From a virus (lineage: Duplodnaviria; Caudoviricetes): a DNA stretch of 25,789 bases. The stretch's first letter is position 1. Each line of letters begins with the position of its first letter. The notes under the pieces were generated by a model. The model had not been told where the DNA came from. It saw only the letters and a list, made by a program, of their open reading frames with translations, and did no database searches. Location of the stretch: IMG/VR virus record IMGVR_UViG_3300014656_000115, positions 1 through 25,789 of that record. One strand, 5' to 3'. A program made the position numbers and the translations under genes. Below are positions 18,085 through 25,085 of this stretch, in pieces.

Positions 18085-18133
18085 CTTTCCTTCTCCTCTA
18101 AATATCGTTGTATAACTCGGTCAACTGCCGCGT

Positions 18134-18274
18134 TCATGTTTTCGTAATCCGTTTCTGTTCGCTTAGAATTTCGAAGAAACGGCATAACTTCCGCTCAATT
18201 GAGAGCGGGCCGATTGTCAGCAATGGCGGATCGCTCATGCAGATATAGCCGTTTTCAATTCTTATGCAGGGCAT
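18134..18274 (-). CDS. Small hypothetical protein (46 aa, MPCIRIENGYIC...)
   Basis: Hand-translated; ATG overlaps the upstream TAA (TAATG); fills a gap in the operon. Confidence 0.4.
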   Translation of the reverse strand: MPCIRIENGYICMSDPPLLTIGPLSIERKLCRFFEILSEQKRITKT

Positions 18275-18537
18275 TATTCCCTCGCCGCCGTGACTTTGAT
18301 ATTAGTTTCAATAACAATATTCTCCGGGGTAACGAATCCGATGACGTATTCCCGTTGCTTTCGGCCGTCTGCCGCTGTTAAGTCGTAGGACTGCATGGTC
18401 AGTATATGCGGCGGGTTAACTGGCTCGCGGGTTAGTGAGATAACATTGTTCACCGTGATCCGGGTGTAGGCGATTACGCCGCACGTCAGGAGCAGGGATA
18501 TCGCGAGAAACTTCCAGTGAGCGCGGAGCCATTTCAT
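18274..18537 (-). CDS. Small membrane-anchored hypothetical protein
   Basis: ATG 18537 overlaps the upstream TGA; FLAISLLLTCGVIAY hydrophobic helix. Confidence 0.6.
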   Translation of the reverse strand: MKWLRAHWKFLAISLLLTCGVIAYTRITVNNVISLTREPVNPPHILTMQSYDLTAADGRKQREYVIGFVTPENIVIETNIKVTAARE

Positions 18538-18893
18538 TTTTCCAATTCCTTCCATAAATTCTCACCGGCGGCCTGGCTATATGGATTATCATAAAAATCT
18601 CGTGTGGCTTTTCGTAACAAGATTCTTTTTTCATGTTCTGTTTTCAGTTCCTCCTTCAGTGCAACAATTTCGCGGTTCAATAAAAGATTGTCTCTTTGGA
18701 GTCCTGTTATCTGTTCCACGGCAACCGAGTAAAACTCGTGCGTTTCTTTAGGTTGTGCCTGTAGCGCCCTGACTGCGGCGGCGAGGGTCTCAATAGAATC
18801 GTCTGACAACCACCCTGGGCCGTTGGTTTTTATATAGTTAAGTATTTCTTGCAATTCCTCATCGTCCGGCATGTCGGGGATTTTGTCACTCAT
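18534..18893 (-). CDS. Hypothetical coiled-coil protein
   Basis: AAGGAG RBS supports the start at MSDKIPDMP (18893) rather than 19004. Confidence 0.65.
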   Translation of the reverse strand: MSDKIPDMPDDEELQEILNYIKTNGPGWLSDDSIETLAAAVRALQAQPKETHEFYSVAVEQITGLQRDNLLLNREIVALKEELKTEHEKRILLRKATRDFYDNPYSQAAGENLWKELEK

Positions 18894-19056
18894 GAGTTTT
18901 CTCCTTAAATATCTTAACGAGGGCTTCCCGGCACAGGTTTTTCTGTTCCTCGAATAGCAAGGAATTAACCGGCTTTCCATGTAAGGTAGACTTATACAAT
19001 ACAAAAAATACTGCCGGCTGGTCGTCTATTATTTTTTTCATAGTCTTTTTAGTCAT
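18886..19056 (-). CDS. Small hypothetical protein (56 aa)
   Basis: Hand-translated MTKKTMKKIIDDQPAVFFVLYK...; ATGA-coupled to the upstream gene; absent from the ORF track. Confidence 0.5.
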   Translation of the reverse strand: MTKKTMKKIIDDQPAVFFVLYKSTLHGKPVNSLLFEEQKNLCREALVKIFKEKTHE

Positions 19057-19448
19057 TGCGGGGCCTCTGGTAATGGCTCTTTACATATTTCTCTTAATCT
19101 GATAATCCAGGCATCATTGAACGGGTCATCTAAATGCTCTTTTATTAGTGCTATGCTTTGATAGTGTTTTTTATACCAAAACTCCGCAGCCTCTTCTCGG
19201 TTTTGTATTGTATATTCTGCGGCTTGTAAGGAATCTTTAATTTTTTCCGCCGCCTTTTTTACAGTTGGAGTACCGAAACATTCAATTACCGTAAACTCTT
19301 CAGCGATTTCCTTATATGGTTTCCACTCCGGCGCAAGGTGCGGGCGGATTAGGTCGGCTATTGTCTCTGTCGGATTGGTATCCTCAAGCCAGGTAAAATC
19401 TCGCTTGCAAATATTTTTTGCTATTTCCGTCGCTTTATCCATCCTCAA
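19053..19448 (-). CDS. Hypothetical protein
   Basis: Packed ORF in the leftward operon; ends PLPEAPQ. Confidence 0.65.
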   Translation of the reverse strand: MRMDKATEIAKNICKRDFTWLEDTNPTETIADLIRPHLAPEWKPYKEIAEEFTVIECFGTPTVKKAAEKIKDSLQAAEYTIQNREEAAEFWYKKHYQSIALIKEHLDDPFNDAWIIRLREICKEPLPEAPQ

Positions 19449-19836
19449 ACTCCTTTGTTTCCGGGTTGTAGGTGCGGACTTCGCCGTCGCGGGATAGTGA
19501 GACCTCAGAAGACCGTCCCTGCGCTATCTGCACGGAATCTTCGCTTTCCTCGTTAATACCGTATTCCCGTATTTCCCATATGTTTAATCCTGTAATATAT
19601 ATGCTTACTGACAATCGCAGTTCTATTCTTTCGTTTTTATCTATGTAAAAACATATAGGTTCTTTCGGCGCACACTCCCACGGATCGACCGGCTGTGCTT
19701 TCTGCCAAGCGAGGGCGGCTTTCCAACCCGCCTTGTGTCCTGATTCGTATGCAAGCATTTCGCCGATTGTACCGCCGCACTTTTTATCAGACCAAACCAC
19801 ACGACTCTCTATCATAGCTTCCCGTATTTCGTCCAT
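19435..19836 (-). CDS. Hypothetical protein
   Basis: AAGGAGG RBS; GHKAGWKAALAW motif seen in phage accessory proteins. Confidence 0.7.
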   Translation of the reverse strand: MDEIREAMIESRVVWSDKKCGGTIGEMLAYESGHKAGWKAALAWQKAQPVDPWECAPKEPICFYIDKNERIELRLSVSIYITGLNIWEIREYGINEESEDSVQIAQGRSSEVSLSRDGEVRTYNPETKEFEDG

Positions 19837-20280
19837 TCAGTCCTCCTTGGCTTTCATCGATGCAATGGCGGCGTCCCAAGTGTCGCTCAAATAGTTTCTT
19901 ATTTGGCGCACGAATTCACCGGGTAATCCATGGGTTTCACCGTATTCCCGTATCCACTTTTCCTTTGCGCTCTCGCGGGGCTTCATGCGGAGTTCGTCGA
20001 TTTCTAAAAGAAACTGATGCAATGCGTATTTCATATCTCCAAATCTGTCAATCGCGCCGCAATATTTTTTTTCTATTTCCTCATCCGTCAACTTGTCAAC
20101 GGGACGTGGTTCGGGGACGGGGCGGAAATAGTGCATAAATCCGGTTGCGTCGGTATCTCCTACTGTTACCCCAATCATGCAGTGATCCGGCACCATTTTT
20201 GTCAGTCCGAATCTATCATCAGTTACGTAATCGCCATGTATTACTTTCTCGTTTTTTAATGGTCTATAATATTTCATCAT
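19837..20280 (-). CDS. Hypothetical protein, paralog of 17395-18084
   Basis: AAGGAG RBS; shared motifs as above. Confidence 0.75.
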   Translation of the reverse strand: MMKYYRPLKNEKVIHGDYVTDDRFGLTKMVPDHCMIGVTVGDTDATGFMHYFRPVPEPRPVDKLTDEEIEKKYCGAIDRFGDMKYALHQFLLEIDELRMKPRESAKEKWIREYGETHGLPGEFVRQIRNYLSDTWDAAIASMKAKED

Positions 20281-20292
20281 TTGCTCCTTTCT

Positions 20293-20658
20293 TCATAAAA
20301 ATCTCGCAGCTCGTTTAATATTATTTTCACCGTCTACAGACTCTAAAAATATTTTTAACAGTTTATTTAATCCGTCAATGTTGCAATATTTTAGATTGTT
20401 CATATTGACGTATAAATTCCATTGCCGATTGTATTTTCTGACGGATGCAATGATGAGATTTATAATTATATTTTCAGGCTTAAAAAAATCGGCGCTTATT
20501 TTTTTTATATCATCGAAAACATGGTTTCTTAATTCTTGCATCTTTTTCAGTATCGGCGTTACAACCTCATATTGCATTTCCATATAGCCGATTGATTTTA
20601 TATCGAAGCAGCAATTAAAAATATCGGACAAATCTTTTTTGCGTTCTTCGTCAGTCAT
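20293..20658 (-). CDS. Hypothetical protein (AT-rich)
   Basis: GGAG RBS; packed ORF. Confidence 0.65.
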   Translation of the reverse strand: MTDEERKKDLSDIFNCCFDIKSIGYMEMQYEVVTPILKKMQELRNHVFDDIKKISADFFKPENIIINLIIASVRKYNRQWNLYVNMNNLKYCNIDGLNKLLKIFLESVDGENNIKRAARFL

Positions 20659-20659
20659 G

Positions 20660-20830
20660 TCAACACTCCGTTAAAAATCCGTTGTATTCGGCGAGGGTCT
20701 CAAATACGTTAAACCGTATAATATCCGCAACAATAGCAGCAGTGCGTAAAGCTATACCAAAATTATACATCGCTTTGACCGCTGCTTTTAGAGTATATTG
20801 TGTTTTTATAATAATATCATTATCAATCAC
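20660..20830 (-). CDS. Small hypothetical protein
   Basis: Probable GTG start at 20830 after the upstream stop; start uncertain. Confidence 0.45.
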   Translation of the reverse strand: MIDNDIIIKTQYTLKAAVKAMYNFGIALRTAAIVADIIRFNVFETLAEYNGFLTEC

Positions 20831-20846
20831 CTTGTCGTTACTCTCC

Positions 20847-21092
20847 TTATAACAGTTCCCAGATATCGACAATCTTCCCGACAATATCCCGGCCTGCTTT
20901 GAGCCGTGCGATAAGTTCCGCGTGTTCGCTTTCCTCGATTTTCTCGTTTGCCTCGATGGTGGCGAGGTCTTTTTCCCTGTATGTCAAGACTGATTTCAGG
21001 ATTTCAAGGGGAATGCCTTTAACGATAATTTTGATTTCTTCTATCGCAAATTCCGCCTGATCCGTAAGTGCTTCCTTTATTCGTGCATCCAT
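20847..21092 (-). CDS. Hypothetical protein, first gene of the leftward operon
   Basis: GGAGG 7 nt upstream; directly downstream of the leftward promoter. Confidence 0.7.
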   Translation of the reverse strand: MDARIKEALTDQAEFAIEEIKIIVKGIPLEILKSVLTYREKDLATIEANEKIEESEHAELIARLKAGRDIVGKIVDIWELL

Positions 21093-21115
21093 CTTTCATC
21101 CTCCAATTAAAAACC

Positions 21116-21144
21116 AGTATATCACACTCATTTGAGCCTGTCAA
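21116..21144 (-). promoter_or_regulatory. Leftward sigma70-like promoter
   Basis: TTGACA-17 nt-TATACT with TGn extended -10. Confidence 0.8.
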
Positions 21145-21183
21145 TAGAAAAAAGCAAAATAATATAAATATTGGCCAAAAGTA

Positions 21184-21212
21184 TTGACATGACTGCGGTT
21201 ATGGTATATGAT
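21184..21212 (+). promoter_or_regulatory. Rightward sigma70-like promoter
   Basis: TTGACA-17 nt-TATGAT, followed by AGGAGG and ATG 21231. Confidence 0.8.
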
Positions 21213-21230
21213 ACAAGCATAGGAGGCCAT

Positions 21231-21371
21231 ATGGCTAAAAAAAATATAATGACAAAAAATATCTCAATGGAAAAGGAAATGATAGCGGTAATCCAACAAA
21301 TGGCAGACGATTCTAACCGATCATTTGGGGCAATGGTGCGGGAACTTCTCAAGGATGTGGTGAAGAAATGA
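21231..21371 (+). CDS. Ribbon-helix-helix (Arc/CopG-like) regulator
   Basis: TKNISM strand, EMIAVIQQMA helix, NRSFGAMVRELL helix; AGGAGG RBS. Confidence 0.75.
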   Translation: MAKKNIMTKNISMEKEMIAVIQQMADDSNRSFGAMVRELLKDVVKK

Positions 21372-21520
21372 CGGATTCGCAGTTAATGGATGACAAAGCC
21401 TTTGATGAGTTCCACGGGCATTTATCAGAGCTTCCAGAGCCGCCCGACTACATCCGGGAAAGGGAAATGGAAGAGCTACGAAAAAAATATCATATAGGAG
21501 AAAACGATGAAAAACTTTGA
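21368..21520 (+). CDS. Small hypothetical protein (50 aa)
   Basis: Hand-translated MTDSQLMDDKAFDEFH...; ATGA-coupled; fills the gap before ERF. Confidence 0.5.
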   Translation: MTDSQLMDDKAFDEFHGHLSELPEPPDYIREREMEELRKKYHIGENDEKL

Positions 21521-22310
21521 ATTGATCGAAGAAGACGGCACGGTACGAACAATGACCGATGAACCAGGCGGGGAAAAGTTACCTACCGAAACGGCGAGTA
21601 CAGACATAGCCATACAATCGGAAATGGGCCAACTCATGAAGATGGCTATTGAAAAAAACATGGTGGATTCCCTGGAAAAATTGATTGCATTGAAACGAGC
21701 GGAAGAGGAACGACAGTGTAAACGGGATTTCGATTTCCATTTTGCGGAGATGCAAAAAGAGTTTGATCCGATAAAGCGGACAAAACAGGCGGATAAATCC
21801 AAGTATGCACCGATTGAGGCAATGACCCGGCAATACGGAGAAATTATATCGAAGCACGGATTTTCCTACCGATGGACAGAACTGCCTCTTGATGGAGGCG
21901 GGAAACGAATACGGATAATAATTTCCGGGTGGGGGCATACCGATGATTCTGTGTTTTTCGATGTACCCAAAATTGACCCGGTAAAAAGTGGAACCGGAAA
22001 GGACGTGCAGAACGCGATCCAGGTTGCCGGGGTTATGTCAACGTATGGGAAACGGTACACGTTTAAATCTGGTTTCGGAATCACCGAAGAGGATGAAGAT
22101 ACTGACGGCACATTCCTTACCTTTGACGACGGTCTTGAATACGCCGAATACTGGGAAGCCTTTCTGACCTGTAAAACCATCGAGGAATTAAAGGTGTCCT
22201 GGGACGCTTTTATGAAACAAAATTCAAACAGCAAGGATGCCAGAACTGTTTTGGTAAAACTTAAAAACAAAAGAGCGGAAGAGATTTTGAAGGAATCCAA
22301 CAATGTCTGA
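21507..22310 (+). CDS. erf: ERF family single-strand annealing protein
   Basis: KYAPIE...KHGFSY and the GVMSTYGKRY...FGITEEDEDTDG ERF signature. Confidence 0.9.
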   Translation: MKNFELIEEDGTVRTMTDEPGGEKLPTETASTDIAIQSEMGQLMKMAIEKNMVDSLEKLIALKRAEEERQCKRDFDFHFAEMQKEFDPIKRTKQADKSKYAPIEAMTRQYGEIISKHGFSYRWTELPLDGGGKRIRIIISGWGHTDDSVFFDVPKIDPVKSGTGKDVQNAIQVAGVMSTYGKRYTFKSGFGITEEDEDTDGTFLTFDDGLEYAEYWEAFLTCKTIEELKVSWDAFMKQNSNSKDARTVLVKLKNKRAEEILKESNNV

Positions 22311-22920
22311 CGTTATTCAGGGGTCGGATCAGTGGTTCGAGGAACGGCGCGGGAAGGTAACTGCGTCCCGCGTTATCGATATTGTACCGGGAGTTAAGGG
22401 CGCGTATTTAGCAAGCAGGAAAAATTATATAGCTCAATTGGTATTGGAAATCCTGACCGGCAAGACTGCGGAAACCTATCAAAGCGCGGCAATGGCGCGG
22501 GGTACGGAACTTGAAGCAGAGGCGCGTATAGCATATGCAGCCTATACCGGCGCATGGGTGGAGCAAGTAGGATTTATCAATCATCCTACAATTGAGAGAT
22601 TTGGCGCGTCCCCTGACGGACTGGTAGACGACGAGGGGGGGCTTGAAATCAAATGTCCGGAAGCGGCGCAGCACCTTGATACACTAATCAACGGCACGAT
22701 TAAACGGGATTACATTTATCAAATGGTTTCCGGTATGATGTGTACGGGTAGGTTATGGTGGGATTATGTGAGCTATCATCCAGACTTCCCGGAACATCTA
22801 CAGTTATACATAAGCCGGTTTTCGGTGAATGAAAGCCTGTCAACAGAGATAAAAGGCGAAGTCAAAAAGCTCAACGCAGAAGTTGACAGAATGCTTGAAA
22901 AGCTAAAGGAGAAGCTTTGA
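22303..22920 (+). CDS. YqaJ / lambda-exonuclease family protein
   Basis: QGSDQWFEERRGKVTAS, RGTELE, GASPDGLV, LEIKCP and YIYQ motifs. Confidence 0.93.
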   Translation: MSDVIQGSDQWFEERRGKVTASRVIDIVPGVKGAYLASRKNYIAQLVLEILTGKTAETYQSAAMARGTELEAEARIAYAAYTGAWVEQVGFINHPTIERFGASPDGLVDDEGGLEIKCPEAAQHLDTLINGTIKRDYIYQMVSGMMCTGRLWWDYVSYHPDFPEHLQLYISRFSVNESLSTEIKGEVKKLNAEVDRMLEKLKEKL

Positions 22921-23432
22921 AGATTTTAATATTACCCGGAGAAAAGTATCAACCATGCTCTACTGATAAACCTAAAGATGGATTCTGGTACAATCTCGAA
23001 CCGGCGGAAGAACACACTGACAGTCAACACAAAACGGCTGAGGCTTTGATAACCGAATACTGGAAAAGCGGCATACATCCTAAGTATGGCGGCGACGAAT
23101 ACAGTACTTTCCGTGATAAGATGAAACGGGATTTAGGTGCCGGATTTGCAAGCTACATTTATGCCGATATCGTAAACAAAAAACCAAAAATATTTGACGT
23201 GAAATCCGTGGAGGAAATACCAGAACATATACGGCTTGACCCGGATATGAAATCGATGATACGGGGAAAGCTTAAAAGCCTGACGCGGTACACCAAAAAA
23301 GAGCTCGCCAACTTTATTGACAATCTGCTCAATGACATGGTAGCAGCCGGGTGTAACTCGAAGAAGTTCCAGGAAATCTGCCAGGGATTAAAAGACAATG
23401 AACTTAAAAGGATGATGAAAAATGATAGATAA
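22917..23432 (+). CDS. NinB-like hypothetical recombination accessory protein
   Basis: KSLTRYTKKELANFIDNL resembles the NinB C-terminal motif; synteny with recombination genes. Confidence 0.5.
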   Translation: MKILILPGEKYQPCSTDKPKDGFWYNLEPAEEHTDSQHKTAEALITEYWKSGIHPKYGGDEYSTFRDKMKRDLGAGFASYIYADIVNKKPKIFDVKSVEEIPEHIRLDPDMKSMIRGKLKSLTRYTKKELANFIDNLLNDMVAAGCNSKKFQEICQGLKDNELKRMMKNDR

Positions 23433-23601
23433 AGTACGTGTTACAAAATATGTGTGTACAATCTGTGACTACATAACCATGATACCTCCATTAAAGGGGT
23501 GTGATGGAGAAATGATTTGCCCGGCGTGCAATAATGGGAATGCCAAGATATATACAACAAGGCAGGATCGGAACAATGATAAGCAAACCAAAGAAACGTA
23601 A
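23422..23601 (+). CDS. Zinc-ribbon / rubredoxin-like small protein (59 aa)
   Basis: Hand-translated KYVCTICDY...MICPAC (two CxxC); absent from the ORF track. Confidence 0.6.
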   Translation: MIDKVRVTKYVCTICDYITMIPPLKGCDGEMICPACNNGNAKIYTTRQDRNNDKQTKET

Positions 23602-23917
23602 GCCGTCAGTAAGCGCGGGATATCTCAACGCGCGTCAAAAGTTTGAAGCCCAGGAAGTACGAGAATTTGTAATGGCAAGAAATCACGGTATGTGCGAGTA
23701 TTCGGGGTGTGATATGCGAGGCACACAGATAGCACACTGTATAAGTAAAAGCAAAGCGAACATACAGAAGTACGGAAAAGAGATCGTGCATCACCCAAAA
23801 CTATTACGGTGGAGTTGTTGGAAACATAACGACAGTTTCAATCGTGGATTCAGGCCGGAATGGATACGGCAACAAATAGCGGCTATTATGGCCGCTGGAA
23901 TAAAGGAATGGATATGA
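23576..23917 (+). CDS. HNH-like (NinG/Ref-type) nuclease-fold protein
   Basis: RNHGMCEYSGC...QIAHCISKS...SCWKHN; likely start ATG 23576. Confidence 0.55.
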   Translation: MISKPKKRKPSVSAGYLNARQKFEAQEVREFVMARNHGMCEYSGCDMRGTQIAHCISKSKANIQKYGKEIVHHPKLLRWSCWKHNDSFNRGFRPEWIRQQIAAIMAAGIKEWI

Positions 23918-24027
23918 CCTATAACCAACTACGCGAATACTTTTTGATGTATCGGGCCGGGATGATGAGCCGTGCAGAGCTTGTCGCGGCTATATGTTTA
24001 TGGCAGAGAAGCTTGACACCTACCTAA
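23914..24027 (+). CDS. Small hypothetical protein (37 aa)
   Basis: MTYNQLREYFLMYRAGMMSRAELVAAICLWQRSLTPT; AAGGA RBS; ATGA coupling. Confidence 0.5.
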   Translation: MTYNQLREYFLMYRAGMMSRAELVAAICLWQRSLTPT

Positions 24028-24041
24028 TACCGTGATAGGAT
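24013..24041 (+). promoter_or_regulatory. sigma70-like promoter A (17-bp core shared with promoter B)
   Basis: TTGACA-17 nt-TAGGAT with TGn; TAATACCGTGATAGGAT at 24025-24041. Confidence 0.75.
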
Positions 24042-24051
24042 TACAAAAGAA

Positions 24052-24135
24052 ATTGGCAGTCAAATAGTGCGGGATTTGACGGCTGATTAGCCAATATAAG
24101 CCCTTGAAACCCCGCACGGTAGAGAGGGCTTTTTT
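24052..24135 (+). ncRNA. Structured leader RNA / attenuator candidate A (kissing loop plus terminator)
   Basis: Stems 24052-57/24090-95, 24059-65/24074-80 and 24098-104/24125-131 with a T6 tract; loop GTGCGGG is complementary to CCCGCAC in the terminator loop. Confidence 0.6.
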
Positions 24136-24153
24136 AATTATAAGGAGAAAGGG

Positions 24154-24963
24154 ATGGAGATTAAGTACACGAAACAAGGGAAAAAAGTTGTTGTATTAGG
24201 GAAATTGAATAATAATGACTTTATTGTTCAAGAGATTTATGTATCAAAAGAGGGCGCGGAAATACCGGGAGGAGAGAATTTTATAGCCTCTGGTTTGCTT
24301 GACGAGCCTATGGAAACATGGGAGGAAAAACGGGCAAGAGAAAATAAAGAACGATACGAAAGAGACAGACAAAACTACGAGAAAAGCCTTGATGATTTGA
24401 GAAAAAGAGACCGGACTGAAATGGCTGCACTTAAAGCGAAAATAGATTGTATAAAAAGAACTACAGAAAACATATCATTAGAATCGTTTGAAATGGTTGA
24501 GAATTTTTTATTGGAGAAATATAAATACATCGTTACCGGTGGATATGATATTAAATTATATGATTTTCATATCGAAAGAGACCTTGCTTCATTTTGGGAC
24601 GATAGATGCGAAGGATTAAAACTTGTGTCAATTTATGGAAAATCCGATGGAACATTGCAATGGAGGATTCACGACTATTCAGACCATAGCGGCGGAAGCA
24701 AGGAAGTGTATCTATTTTGTACACTCGAAGAGGCAAAAGAAAAATTTGCATCATTAATTGAAGCAAAAAGCGATTATGGATCAGAGGATATTAAAAGATT
24801 TCAAACATGGGGATTGCCGGTAAACAAAGAAAAGGTAAAAAAATATATCAGTTATAAAAAAGAAAATATAACAAAAAGCATTGAAGGTCGCAAAATGGAT
24901 ATAGAAAAGCTTGAGGAAGAATTAAAGGCGATTGATTCGGAATTTGGCTTGATAGATATTTAA
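24154..24963 (+). CDS. Phage hypothetical protein with coiled coils
   Basis: 269 aa ORF, AAGGAG RBS; no function recognised. Confidence 0.8.
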   Translation: MEIKYTKQGKKVVVLGKLNNNDFIVQEIYVSKEGAEIPGGENFIASGLLDEPMETWEEKRARENKERYERDRQNYEKSLDDLRKRDRTEMAALKAKIDCIKRTTENISLESFEMVENFLLEKYKYIVTGGYDIKLYDFHIERDLASFWDDRCEGLKLVSIYGKSDGTLQWRIHDYSDHSGGSKEVYLFCTLEEAKEKFASLIEAKSDYGSEDIKRFQTWGLPVNKEKVKKYISYKKENITKSIEGRKMDIEKLEEELKAIDSEFGLIDI

Positions 24964-24977
24964 TACCGTGATAGGAT
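24949..24977 (+). promoter_or_regulatory. sigma70-like promoter B (17-bp core shared with promoter A)
   Basis: TTGATA-17 nt-TAGGAT; TAATACCGTGATAGGAT at 24961-24977. Confidence 0.7.
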
Positions 24978-24989
24978 AAGAGCATGAAA

Positions 24990-25073
24990 GCCCTGGTAGG
25001 CAAAACAGTAAAACATAACCCCAAACTCACAGCAATCAACTACCAGGGCGAAGCTGTGGGGGCGGGGTTTTTT
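24990..25073 (+). ncRNA. Structured leader RNA / attenuator candidate B (pseudoknot plus terminator)
   Basis: GCCCTGGTAG (24990-99) pairs with CTACCAGGGC (25040-49) in the loop of hairpin 25017-33/25053-69, which is followed by a T tract. Confidence 0.6.
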
Positions 25074-25085
25074 ATGAGGCAAGCA

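Noticed and set aside
21171-21178. TTGGCCAA palindrome between the divergent promoters
   Set aside because: Only 8 bp and not seen repeated; insufficient to call an operator.
24048-24135. tRNA gene
   Set aside because: No T-loop GTTCRA, no D-loop and no cloverleaf.
24025-24977. 17-bp direct repeat as CRISPR repeat or att site
   Set aside because: There are only two copies, both exactly in the promoter spacer/-10 position, and no array or integrase. A role as boundary of an exchangeable gene cassette is not fully excluded.
24988-24994. AAGCCCT shared by leader B and leader A (24098-24104), allowing cross-pairing
   Set aside because: Only 7-8 nt and in different structural roles, so it could be chance.
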